Shown here one piece after another: positions 1 to 9,541 of a stretch of DNA of 64,000 nt. The stretch is taken from assembly GCA_040079655.1 (NCBI GenBank), contig JBEBJX010000001.1, positions 14,060-78,059 on the forward strand. The letters run 5' to 3'. The position numbers and the translations under genes are program-made. The notes under the pieces were generated by a model. That model was not told the DNA's origin. It did no database searches and worked only from the letters and a program-made list of their open reading frames with translations. Positions within the stretch are counted from its first letter, which is position 1; the number at the start of each line of letters is the position of its first letter. This stretch comes from Sphingopyxis sp. GTDB lineage: Bacteria; Pseudomonadota; Alphaproteobacteria; Sphingomonadales; Sphingomonadaceae.

Positions 1-1908
1 GGCCATGCGATGCAATCGCTTAAGAACAGCATGGCGTGGGACGAGCGTGCCTATGGCCGCGAATATGACCTGTCCGTGTTCAACATCGTCGCGGTCAGTG
101 ATTTCAACATGGGGGCCATGGAAAATAAGGGGCTGAACATCTTTAACACCCGCTATATTCTGGCCGATGCAGACACCGCGTCGGACATAGATTTTGACGG
201 GGTCGAGGGGGTGGTCGCGCATGAATATTTCCACAATTGGTCGGGTAATCGCGTTACATGCCGTGACTGGTTCCAGCTCAGCCTCAAGGAAGGCTTCACC
301 GTCTATCGCGACCAGTGCTTTTCGGCTGACATGGGCTCGAACGCGGTCAAACGGATCGAGGATGTACGGGTGCTGCGCGCCGCGCAATTTCCCGAAGACT
401 TCAGCCCTTTGGCACACCCGATCCGCCCCGATAGCTATCAGGAAATCTCGAACTTCTATACCGCGACCATCTATAACAAGGGTGCCGAAGTCATCCGCAT
501 GATGGCGACGATGGTCGGCGCAGAACGATTTCGTAGCGGAACCGACCTCTATTTCGATCGCCATGATGGCGAGGCGGCGACATGTGAAGACTTTGTGCAT
601 GCGATTGAGGACGGCGCGCAAATCGACCTTGGCCAGTTCCGGCGCTGGTATCAGCAAGCGGGAACGCCGCATGTAACCGCAGAGCTAGAGCACGACCCCG
701 CCACCAGCACAGTCATGCTCCGCGTTTCGCAAACTCTGGCGCCGACATCGGATCAGCCCGAAAAACTACCGATGGCAATCCCGATCAAGTTCGCGCTATT
801 CGACAAGGATAGCGGCGCTTCATCGGGCGAAATGCTTGAAATATTGGCTGAACCCAGCGCCGAATATATGTTCCAAGGTTATGCCACCCGCCCGATGCTC
901 TCGTTCAACCGGAGGTTTTCCGCGCCGATCATCGCCGATGTCGTGCGCAGCGCGGGCGAGCTGGCGTGGCTCGCTGCGCACGATGACGACCCGTTCGCCC
1001 GTTATGAAGCGCTCCAGGCGTTGATGCTCGAAACATGTGTGGCGCGCGTCTCCGGTCAATCGCGTTCAACCGACGATGTTGTGGCCGCGATAGGCAATAT
1101 GCTCGGCGATTGGCGCAGCGACCCGGCTTTTGTTACCGAAGCCTGCACGCTTCCTGGCGAAAGTTTCATCGGCGATCAGATGCTGATTGTCGACCCCGAT
1201 GCCATCCGCTTTGAGCGCCGCCATTTGCAAAAATCGATCGGCGCGGCCCATGCCCAGCTATGGCGCGAAATCCATGACCAGACATTGACCGACGCCATCG
1301 ACCTGTCGCCCGCAGCCAAGGGCAATCGCAAACTGCGCGGACTGAGCCTGATGATGCTGTGGGCGGGTGGCGCCGAAGATGCGCCGGCAATGGCGCTATC
1401 GCAATTTAACAGCGCCAGTGGGATGACCGACCGTCAATCGGCGATGGCTGTGCTTGCACATAGCGATGCACCAGAACGCGCAATTGCTCTCGACCATTTT
1501 TATGCGCGTTACCGCGACAACCCGCTTGTCATAGACAAATGGTTCACAACACAGGCTTTTTCCATGCGAGACGACACGCCGGAAATGGTGGGCCGATTGG
1601 CAAATCATGCCGACTTTACCTTGGCCAACCCCAATCGCGTGCGATCGCTCTATGGTGCATTTGCCGGCAATCAGGGCAGCTTTCATGTTGCGGATGGGCG
1701 CGGCTATGATTTGCTCACCGAGCTCATTATCGCGCTTGACCCCAAAAACCCGCAAACGGCGGCGCGGATGATTGCCTCGCTTGGCCGCTGGAAACGGTTC
1801 GATGCCGCCCGCGCCGAAATGATGCGCATCTGCCTCGAGCGCATTCTTGCCCAGCCCAATTTATCCCGCGACACAGCAGAGCAAGCGAGCAAGAGCCTGT
1901 TGGGTTAG
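1..1908 (+). CDS. pepN: Aminopeptidase N (M1 family), 5'-truncated by the window edge
   Basis: GAMEN exopeptidase motif, HEYFH zinc motif followed by LKEG, C-terminal DPKNPQTAARM region typical of PepN; the frame is open back to position 1. Confidence 0.95.
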   Translation, partial: GHAMQSLKNSMAWDERAYGREYDLSVFNIVAVSDFNMGAMENKGLNIFNTRYILADADTASDIDFDGVEGVVAHEYFHNWSGNRVTCRDWFQLSLKEGFTVYRDQCFSADMGSNAVKRIEDVRVLRAAQFPEDFSPLAHPIRPDSYQEISNFYTATIYNKGAEVIRMMATMVGAERFRSGTDLYFDRHDGEAATCEDFVHAIEDGAQIDLGQFRRWYQQAGTPHVTAELEHDPATSTVMLRVSQTLAPTSDQPEKLPMAIPIKFALFDKDSGASSGEMLEILAEPSAEYMFQGYATRPMLSFNRRFSAPIIADVVRSAGELAWLAAHDDDPFARYEALQALMLETCVARVSGQSRSTDDVVAAIGNMLGDWRSDPAFVTEACTLPGESFIGDQMLIVDPDAIRFERRHLQKSIGAAHAQLWREIHDQTLTDAIDLSPAAKGNRKLRGLSLMMLWAGGAEDAPAMALSQFNSASGMTDRQSAMAVLAHSDAPERAIALDHFYARYRDNPLVIDKWFTTQAFSMRDDTPEMVGRLANHADFTLANPNRVRSLYGAFAGNQGSFHVADGRGYDLLTELIIALDPKNPQTAARMIASLGRWKRFDAARAEMMRICLERILAQPNLSRDTAEQASKSLLG

Positions 1909-2161
1909 GTCTGTGGTGCAAGTGGATGGGGCGTGCGCGAGCCGGATTTCGCCGTTGAACAGGCGGAAATCGCGGCGCGTAGCGCGACTTTCCGACGCCT
2001 TCAGGGACAAAATCCGCCGCGCCGCAAAGTGGTATGAGCGAAAATCGTCCATTTCCGCGTCGCGCTCGCTGGACAGGGGGCCACCTTGCCTGCGCTCGCA
2101 CTCCTTGTGAACCGACGATATTCGCTCATACCAGGCTCCACACCCACTCTTACCACAGGCC

Positions 2162-3703
2162 TTAGCCCTCTTCACGCACCCGCAACATCGCGAGGCCCGC
2201 CAGCGCCATCGTCACCGCTGCAAAAGCCATCGTGTAGATCGGCTCGCCGGGGAAAAACGCCTGCGCGATACTGCCCATCACGGTTGCCACCATCAACTGT
2301 GGCAGAACGATGAAGACATTGAATAAGCCCATGTAGATGCCGAGCTTGGCCTGCGGAAGCGTCGCGGCGAGGATCGAATAGGGCATGGCGAGAATCGACG
2401 CCCAGGCGAGGCCGAGCAACACCTCGCAGCCAATCAGCAGCATCGGATCGCGGATGAAGAAGAAGCCGAGAAAGCCCAGCGATCCCGCAAACAGGCATAG
2501 CATGTGCGCATGGGCCTTGCCGACGCGGCGCGCCAGCCACGGCAACACCAGCAGAGCGGCGATGGCGGCGACGCCATTTTGCACAGAAAACAGCACACCC
2601 ACCCAGTTGCCCGCGCGATTGAACAGTTCGGATGAGGTGTCGAGCGCGCCAAAGGCATATTGCGCGACCACCGGCGTGGTGTTGAACCACATGATGAACA
2701 GCGCCGACCAGGTGAAAAATTGCACCAGCGCCAGCCGTTTCATCACCGGTGGCATGCCCGAAAAATCGCCAACGACATGGCCAAGCAGCGTCGCGCCCCG
2801 CCCCGCCCTGGCTAGTCCGATCGCAATGGCGCTGGCCACCCCATAGGTGCCGAGCAAAGCGCCGAGCAGATAGACTTCGGGCTTGGCACCAAGCGGCTCG
2901 ACCAGCAGCGCGACGGTCACCCCCGCCGCGACCCACAACGCGCATCTGCCAAAACTGCGCGCAGCAAGCGCGCGGGTGGCGGTGCCCTCATCCGCTGCAT
3001 CGTCGCTTATCCCGCGTCCGGCAAAGCCGCGCATTTCAGCCGGGCTATATTCACGCGTCGACAACACCGTCGCCAGCACCGCGATCAGCAATGCCGCGCC
3101 GCCGAACCAAAAGCTGTAGCGCACGGTATCCGGCACAACATTTGCCGCCGCCTCATTGGCGACACCAAGACTGGTCAGCAGCGTCGGGAACAGCGATCCC
3201 GCCACCGCACCCGCACCGATAAAGGCGGTCTGCACCGCATAGCCCGCAGTATGCTGATCGGTGCGCAGCATGTCGCCGACAAAAGCGCGGAACGGCTCCA
3301 TCGCGACATTGATGCTGGCATCCATCACCCATAACGCCACGGCAGCGGACAAAAGGTAGGGCGCGAGCGGCAGATAGGCCATCGCCAGTGCTGCGAAGAT
3401 CGCGCCAGCCAGGAAATAAGGGCGGCGGCGGCCAAAACGGCCCCCAAAGCCGGCCCAGGTGCGGTCCGAATAATGGCCGATGATCGGCTGGACCAACAAC
3501 CCGGTGAGCGGCGCAGCGACCCACAGCGCAGGCAGGTCTTCGACATTGGCCCCCAGCGTCTGGAAAATCCGGCTCATATTGGCGTTTTGCAAGGCAAAGC
3601 CGATCTGAATACCAAAAAAGCCGAGGCTGATCATGGCGAGGCCTGCCCAGCTTTGACGCGGTTTTTCTATGCGAACACCGCCTCTACGACCCGTGTCGTC
3701 CAT
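2162..3703 (-). CDS. MFS sugar transporter of the maltose/sucrose (SLC45/GPH-like) type
   Basis: Multiple hydrophobic helices; GLLVQPIIGHYSDRTW and GRRRPY motifs; ATG at 3703 preceded by GGGAGAGAG RBS (ORF track start of 3784 is probably too long); sits in a maltose locus. Confidence 0.85.
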   Translation of the reverse strand: MDDTGRRGGVRIEKPRQSWAGLAMISLGFFGIQIGFALQNANMSRIFQTLGANVEDLPALWVAAPLTGLLVQPIIGHYSDRTWAGFGGRFGRRRPYFLAGAIFAALAMAYLPLAPYLLSAAVALWVMDASINVAMEPFRAFVGDMLRTDQHTAGYAVQTAFIGAGAVAGSLFPTLLTSLGVANEAAANVVPDTVRYSFWFGGAALLIAVLATVLSTREYSPAEMRGFAGRGISDDAADEGTATRALAARSFGRCALWVAAGVTVALLVEPLGAKPEVYLLGALLGTYGVASAIAIGLARAGRGATLLGHVVGDFSGMPPVMKRLALVQFFTWSALFIMWFNTTPVVAQYAFGALDTSSELFNRAGNWVGVLFSVQNGVAAIAALLVLPWLARRVGKAHAHMLCLFAGSLGFLGFFFIRDPMLLIGCEVLLGLAWASILAMPYSILAATLPQAKLGIYMGLFNVFIVLPQLMVATVMGSIAQAFFPGEPIYTMAFAAVTMALAGLAMLRVREEG

Positions 3704-3846
3704 AGTCTCTCTCCCTGACAGGCGCATTTGTGGCGCTCTGATTATTTGTTTTTGCCGCAATTTCCGAGTTGCGGGATGTGCCATCCCGCTTGAAATCGCT
3801 CTATACGGTGACGCTGACAGAGATAGGCGCGCGGGGCAACCGCGCT

Positions 3847-3858
3847 ACATACGAATAC
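3847..3858. promoter_or_regulatory. Candidate LacI-family operator upstream of the MFS transporter (ACATACGAATAC)
   Basis: 10/12 match to the reverse complement of the 4981-4992 site; about 145 bp upstream of the MFS start. Confidence 0.45.
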
Positions 3859-3909
3859 AATGCGCAAGAGTAGTTATGGTAGTGGCGCCCGGCCCCACTC
3901 ACCAAAACG

Positions 3910-4929
3910 CTACCCCGATGATGCGCGCACCACCAGCCTTGCCGGGATGACTTCGCTGGGCGCACTGCCGGCGTGGATCAATTCGTGCAGCTTGCTTACC
4001 AGTAAATCGCCAGCCAACTGAACATCTTGCGTCACCGTGGTCAGTGGTGGATTGGTAAAACTGGCGGCAAGGATATCATCAAACCCAGTCAGTGCGACAT
4101 CGCCAGGCACGCTTAGGCCCGCCTCGCGTAAAACGCGCAAGGCCCCGATGGCGATCATGTCGCTGGCACAGACGATGGCGTCAAACCCAACATTGCGGTC
4201 AATGAGGGTGCGCGCAGCCTCCCCGCCCGCCGCTTCTGCATTGGAGGCGTCTATTTGGAGTGCGGGGTCGCTCGCAAGGCCTGCGTCTTTTTTCGCGTCG
4301 CAATAGCCGACATATCGTTCAAGAAACTCAGGCGCTCCTGTATCGATTGCGCCGATGAACGCGATTTTCCTGCGCCCCTGATCTATCAAGTGCTGGGTGA
4401 CGCTGCGCCCGCCTTCGCGGTTATTACAGCCAACGACCACTTCGGGTTGCCCGGCGACCTCTGATCCCCAGCGGACAAAATGGGTGCCCTGCTCGGCGAG
4501 CCGTGCCAGTCGCTCCTGATAATCGCGATAGTCCCCATAACCGAGCAGGATCAGGCCATCAGCCTTGCGGCTATCCTCGTAATCGGTGTGCCAATCGCTC
4601 GATAACTGTTGAAACGACACCAGCAGGTCATAGCCGCGCCGCGCCGATGCGCGTGTAATCGACCCCAGCATTGCAAGGAAGAAGGGGTTTATCATGCTGT
4701 CGTCGGGGGTCGGATCTTCGAACAGCAATAACGCCAACGTGTTACTGTGGCGGCTACGCAGATTAGACGCATTCTTATCGACTTTGTAATTCAATTGCCG
4801 CGCAATTTCGTGGATGCGGTTGCGGGTCAGTTCGTTGACGGTCGGGCTGTTGCGCAGCGCACGCGACGCCGTCGGCTGTGACACCCCCGCCAGTTCGGCA
4901 ATATCAAAGGATGTTGGCTTGCCTGCCAA
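3910..4929 (-). CDS. LacI-family transcriptional regulator (MalI/MalR-like)
   Basis: N-terminal HTH PTSFDIAELAGVSQPTASRAL, hinge helix, periplasmic-binding-protein-like sensor with LTGFDD...PPLTTV; likely TTG start at 4929; divergent from the TonB receptor. Confidence 0.9.
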   Translation of the reverse strand: MAGKPTSFDIAELAGVSQPTASRALRNSPTVNELTRNRIHEIARQLNYKVDKNASNLRSRHSNTLALLLFEDPTPDDSMINPFFLAMLGSITRASARRGYDLLVSFQQLSSDWHTDYEDSRKADGLILLGYGDYRDYQERLARLAEQGTHFVRWGSEVAGQPEVVVGCNNREGGRSVTQHLIDQGRRKIAFIGAIDTGAPEFLERYVGYCDAKKDAGLASDPALQIDASNAEAAGGEAARTLIDRNVGFDAIVCASDMIAIGALRVLREAGLSVPGDVALTGFDDILAASFTNPPLTTVTQDVQLAGDLLVSKLHELIHAGSAPSEVIPARLVVRASSG

Positions 4930-4980
4930 GATAATATCCTGACCCTCGACTCCGTTCCCGCATTCCCCCGACAGCGGTTT

Positions 4981-4992
4981 GAATACGTATGT
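4981..4992. promoter_or_regulatory. Candidate LacI operator (gaATACGTATgt) in the regulator/TonB receptor divergent promoter region
   Basis: Perfect 8-bp palindrome ATACGTAT (4983-4990) with central CG, the usual LacI operator geometry; similar sites at 3847 and 17946. Confidence 0.55.
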
Positions 4993-5107
4993 GCCAAGCT
5001 TCCCTTTGAAGAGCAAGCGCCGCATTGAGATCGCGATACACGACCGCCTTTTGTAATCCGGGACCAAATGGTGTCCGGCGGGGGCGGGGGGTCAAGGGAG
5101 TTAGAGT

Positions 5108-7885
5108 ATGAATCGGTCTTACACCATAAGGCAATTGCGCCTTTCGCGCAGCGCCAGCGCGCTTTCGCTGGCCGCCGCACTGGCTTTCAGCACATCTGCC
5201 TTCGCGCAAACGGCCGACGCCGCCGCCGACGAAGAGAATGAAGATATTGTCGTCACCGGCTATGCCGCCGCGCTCGACAATGCGGTCGAGGTAAAGCGCG
5301 ACGCCGATCAAATCGTCGAGTCGGTCTCGGCTGAAAATATTGGCCGCTTGCCCGATGCGTCGATCGGTGAAGCCATTGCCCGCCTGCCCGGCATTGCATC
5401 ACAACGCAACAATGGCCGCGCCAGCGGCATCGCTGTTCGTGGCTTTGGCCCTGACTTCTCTCAAACCCTGTTAAATGGCCGTGAACAGACCACGACCAGC
5501 GACAACCGCTCAGTAGAATTTGACCAATACCCCTCGGATGTCGTTAGCCGCGTTGATGTGTTCAAATCACCGACGGCTGCCTTGGTTGGCCAAGGGCTTT
5601 TCGCAACGATCAACATTCGCACCGTCCGTCCGCTTGATGTTAATGAGCGTATCCTAGCGGTCGGTGGTCGCGTTAGCTATGCCGATCTCGGCGCGCTGAA
5701 CGCAGGATCCGAGGATATCGGCTATCGTGGCAACATGACCTATGTCGATAAGTTTGCTGATGATACGCTCGGCATTGCCCTGTCGGCATCTTATGTGAAC
5801 GAGCCCTACCAAAACCAAGAATTCAACGCCTGGGGATATAACCGTGTATCGGGCGCAGTCAGCAACGGCACGGCGACTGATGCCGGCCTAGTAGGCGGCT
5901 CAAAATCTTTTGTCACATCGACAGGCCTTGAACGGCTCGCCTTCAACGGCACAGTGCAGTGGGAACCAGCGCCAGAAGTGCGGGTGACTTTCGATGGTTT
6001 CTACAGCAATTTCCGCGATGAACAGTTTAAGCGCGGCATCGAGCTACCGCTCGGCTTCTTCGCCTTTGGCACAACCGGCGTCCCAGCCGATTTTTCGGTC
6101 ACCGGCAACCACATTACATCGGGCACATTCCGCAATGTTCGCGGCGTCATTCGCAACGACATTTTCGAACGTGAAGCCGACCTCTATAGCTTTGGCTTTA
6201 ACGCGGCCTATGAAGGCGACAGCGGTTGGAACGCGACATTCGACGTTGGATATTCGCGCACCGACCGCAACGAACTGAGCCTTGAATCCTATTCTGGCAC
6301 CGGCTTTAATGGTGACGACACGGGCAATGGTGCTGCGGCAACCATCCGCTTCACATCTGGTGCAAACGGCGGCACATTCACTCCGTCGATCGATTATTCG
6401 AACGCGGCTGCCATTTTTCTAACCGACCCGCTCGGCTGGGGCGGCGGCACCGTTCCGCAGGCGGGCTATTCTAACAACCGCATCATTGATGACGAATTGT
6501 GGCAGTTCCGCACCGAAGTGGAACGCGAGTTCGAGGGCAGTTTCCTTCGCTCGGTTCAGTTTGGCCTGAATTATACGACGCGCGAAAAGAGCCTGACACC
6601 GGACGAGGCCTTTGTGCGTCTGCCGGGCGCCGCGCTGCAAAGCGCTCTACCATCGCAATATCGCCTAAATCCAACAAACCTAGCCTATCTTGGTCTGGGT
6701 CCGGTGCAAAGCTACGACCCGCGTGCACTGATCCGTGACGGTGTGCTGGTGCTTGAGCCGCGTAATGCGACTGGACCGAATGCAGCGTTTGACGTGCTGG
6801 GCAAGGGCTATACGGTCGAAGAAGACCTGATGACTGCCTATCTACAGTTCAATATCGAACAAGAGATCGGCTTCGGGACGCTTACCGGCAATTTCGGCGT
6901 GCAGGCGATTAACACCGAACAGGAAAGCAGCGGTTTCATCCGCGCGCCGAACGGTCCTGAACTGCGGACCTTTGGTGACAATTTCTGGGATGTTCTGCCC
7001 AGCCTTAATCTGTCGCTGCGGTTGGAAAGCAACACCGTCATCCGTTTTGCAGCGGCCCGCGAGATTCAAAGGCCACGGCTCGACCAGATGCGCCTGTCGA
7101 TCGAATATGGCGTGAATAACAATTTTTCTGAAAACCCGAACGGTGTTGCCGCACCTTTCATCAGCGGGAGCGGTGGTAACCCATTCCTGCGCCCCTATCG
7201 TGCCAATTCGTTTAATTTCAACGTCGAGCAATATTTCGGCCGTGGCGGTCTCATTTCGGCTCAGTTATTCTATAAGGATATCAAATCCTTCATCGCGAAC
7301 GGTCGCTTTATCTTCGACTATTCGGGCTTCACTCTGCCAACTGGCCAGAGTGTTCCTTCGCCGATCGGCCGTATCGACGCACCGATCAATACCGGAGGCG
7401 GCCCCGTTTATGGTGCCGAATTGGCGGTCACACTACCACTCAACAACCTGACATCCGCGCTCGAAGGGTTCGGTGTTACAGGTGGCGTGGGCTGGACCAA
7501 AACCAAGGTCGAGAACGCAGCGGGTGCTCGCGAGGCGATTCCAGGCTATTCGAGGTGGGTGGCCAACGCCACGGCCTATTTCGAACGCTGGGGCTTCAAC
7601 GCACGCGCAAGCGCCCGTTATCGTTCGACCTTCATTGGCGATTTTACCGGATTTGGCGGCTCGCCAACACGCCGTCAGGCCCTGCCGGAAACGATCATCG
7701 ATGCCCAGATTGGCTATGATTTTCAGGAGGGCAGCGCGCTCGACGGATTGTCGCTCTATCTGCAAGGACAGAATCTTACCGACGAGCGATTCGCCTCAGT
7801 GAGCAGCAATGCCCGTCCACAAGAGGTGCTCGACTATCAAATCTATGGCCGCCGCTTCCTCGCCGGCTTTAGCTTCAAGTTCTGA
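5108..7885 (+). CDS. TonB-dependent receptor, probably maltose/maltodextrin (MalA-like)
   Basis: Signal peptide ending AFA, TonB box EDIVVTG, plug motif ENIGRLPDASIGEAIARLPG, 925 aa, C-terminal Phe; neighbours GH13/GH97 genes. Confidence 0.92.
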   Translation: MNRSYTIRQLRLSRSASALSLAAALAFSTSAFAQTADAAADEENEDIVVTGYAAALDNAVEVKRDADQIVESVSAENIGRLPDASIGEAIARLPGIASQRNNGRASGIAVRGFGPDFSQTLLNGREQTTTSDNRSVEFDQYPSDVVSRVDVFKSPTAALVGQGLFATINIRTVRPLDVNERILAVGGRVSYADLGALNAGSEDIGYRGNMTYVDKFADDTLGIALSASYVNEPYQNQEFNAWGYNRVSGAVSNGTATDAGLVGGSKSFVTSTGLERLAFNGTVQWEPAPEVRVTFDGFYSNFRDEQFKRGIELPLGFFAFGTTGVPADFSVTGNHITSGTFRNVRGVIRNDIFEREADLYSFGFNAAYEGDSGWNATFDVGYSRTDRNELSLESYSGTGFNGDDTGNGAAATIRFTSGANGGTFTPSIDYSNAAAIFLTDPLGWGGGTVPQAGYSNNRIIDDELWQFRTEVEREFEGSFLRSVQFGLNYTTREKSLTPDEAFVRLPGAALQSALPSQYRLNPTNLAYLGLGPVQSYDPRALIRDGVLVLEPRNATGPNAAFDVLGKGYTVEEDLMTAYLQFNIEQEIGFGTLTGNFGVQAINTEQESSGFIRAPNGPELRTFGDNFWDVLPSLNLSLRLESNTVIRFAAAREIQRPRLDQMRLSIEYGVNNNFSENPNGVAAPFISGSGGNPFLRPYRANSFNFNVEQYFGRGGLISAQLFYKDIKSFIANGRFIFDYSGFTLPTGQSVPSPIGRIDAPINTGGGPVYGAELAVTLPLNNLTSALEGFGVTGGVGWTKTKVENAAGAREAIPGYSRWVANATAYFERWGFNARASARYRSTFIGDFTGFGGSPTRRQALPETIIDAQIGYDFQEGSALDGLSLYLQGQNLTDERFASVSSNARPQEVLDYQIYGRRFLAGFSFKF

Positions 7886-7905
7886 AGCCACAAGGATTGA
7901 AGCTA

Positions 7906-7946
7906 TGCCCCTGCCAGCCATCATACTGGCGGGGGCAATAGTTTTT
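7906..7946 (+). terminator. GC-rich stem-loop followed by a T-run after the TonB receptor (terminator or mRNA stabiliser)
   Basis: tgcccctgccag / ctggcgggggca 12-bp stem with one G-U pair, followed by atagttttt. Confidence 0.6.
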
Positions 7947-7954
7947 GATACTGT

Positions 7955-9541
7955 GTGCCCATGAGCAAAATACCAACTAGAACACTCACCATTGTCGGCG
8001 GTGGCACCGCCGGATGGATGACGGCTGCGGCGGTCGCGCATTTTTTGCGGCGTGGCTGGGCCATCACGCTCGTCGAATCGGATGCCATCGGCACCATCGG
8101 GGTCGGTGAGGCGACTATACCGCAAATACGCCACTTCAATGCCGCGCTCGGGATAGACGAGGCGGAGATGCTGCGCGCTTGCCAAGGCAGTTTCAAACTG
8201 GGCATCGCGTTTGAGGGGTGGCGCGCACCGGGGCATCGCTACATGCACGGCTTTGGCGGCGTTGGCCGCGACCTTGGCCTGATGCCCTTCTGTCACTATT
8301 GGGTGGCCGCAAAGCGTAGCGAGGACAACCGCGCTGGCTTGCCCGTGGGAAAGGCCCGAGAGGACAGCCTTGATGCCCATAGTGTGGCGGCACAGGCGGC
8401 CTATGCCGGGCGCTTTGCACCGCCCGACCCCGCGCGGCCCGCCCCCGCTGGTGGCCACAATTACGCTTATCATATCGATGCAACGCTTTATGCGGCGTTT
8501 CTGCGGCAACGCGCCGAAGCTGGCGGTGTAACGCGGATCGAAAGCCGCATCACCCATGTGACACGCGATGGGGCAAGCGGCGATATATCCGCGCTGGTGC
8601 TGGAAAATGGAACGCACGTCGGCGGTGATCTTTTCATCGACTGTTCGGGCATGGCTGGTCTGTTGATCGAGCGCGAATGCGCCGCCGGGTTTGAAGACTG
8701 GGGCCATTGGTTGCCATGCGACACCGCGCTAGCGGTGCCCAGCCGCGCTGGATTTCCAGTGGGAAAGGCGGGAGAGGAAGGCCAGCATGGCGGGCCGATC
8801 ATGCCCTATACCCGTTCGATTGCGCGGCCCGCAGGCTGGCAGTGGCAAATCCCGCTGCAACACCGCGTTGGCAACGGTCACGTCTATGCGAGCCGCCATA
8901 TGTCCGATGACGAAGCGGCGACGATATTGCTGGCCAACCTGCCGGGTGAGGCGCTGGCCGAACCGCGCAAAATTGGCTTTACTGCGGGGCGCAGGCGCAA
9001 AATCTGGTCGCAAAATGTCATTGCTATCGGCCTGTCGAGCGGTTTCCTTGAGCCGCTTGAATCGACGAGTATCCACCTCATTCAAACGGGGATTGAGCGA
9101 TTGTTGCAACGCTTGCCGACAGCAAGCCCCAGCGAAGTGGAGCGCGCGGCCTATAATGACGATGCGAGGGTCGAGATGGAGCGCATCCGCGATTTCATCA
9201 TCCTCCATTATTGTGCCAATGGCCGCGACGAGCCATTCTGGCGCGGGCGACGCGATGCACCAATACCGGACAGCCTGTCGGAGCGCATCGCGCTGTTCCG
9301 CGACTGTGGGCGGATCGCGCGCCATGGCAATGAGCTGTTCACGCAGCTGGCGTGGCAACAGGTGCTGATTGGACAAGGCGTGGTTCCGAATGCGGCGCAC
9401 CCGCTGACCGAGCAGATTAGTGCAGACGACCTATCGGGTTTCATCGAAACGACACGCCGCGCGGTTAGCCACAGCGCCGCCGCCATGCCCACCCATGCCG
9501 ATTTCATTGCGCGCCATTGCGCCGCAGGAGTGCCCTTATGA
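7955..9541 (+). CDS. Tryptophan halogenase-family flavoprotein (copy 1)
   Basis: VGGGTAGW FAD motif, IGVGEAT, FKLGI (catalytic Lys position), WQWQIP (WxWxIP), FLEPLEST. Confidence 0.9.
   Translation: MPMSKIPTRTLTIVGGGTAGWMTAAAVAHFLRRGWAITLVESDAIGTIGVGEATIPQIRHFNAALGIDEAEMLRACQGSFKLGIAFEGWRAPGHRYMHGFGGVGRDLGLMPFCHYWVAAKRSEDNRAGLPVGKAREDSLDAHSVAAQAAYAGRFAPPDPARPAPAGGHNYAYHIDATLYAAFLRQRAEAGGVTRIESRITHVTRDGASGDISALVLENGTHVGGDLFIDCSGMAGLLIERECAAGFEDWGHWLPCDTALAVPSRAGFPVGKAGEEGQHGGPIMPYTRSIARPAGWQWQIPLQHRVGNGHVYASRHMSDDEAATILLANLPGEALAEPRKIGFTAGRRRKIWSQNVIAIGLSSGFLEPLESTSIHLIQTGIERLLQRLPTASPSEVERAAYNDDARVEMERIRDFIILHYCANGRDEPFWRGRRDAPIPDSLSERIALFRDCGRIARHGNELFTQLAWQQVLIGQGVVPNAAHPLTEQISADDLSGFIETTRRAVSHSAAAMPTHADFIARHCAAGVPL

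Noticed and set aside
1861-2175. 104-aa minus-strand ORF in the pepN/MFS gap
   Set aside because: Overlaps both flanking genes, no RBS at plausible starts, no recognisable motif
7796-8707. 303-aa minus-strand ORF
   Set aside because: Antisense shadow of the halogenase gene, typical of GC-rich DNA
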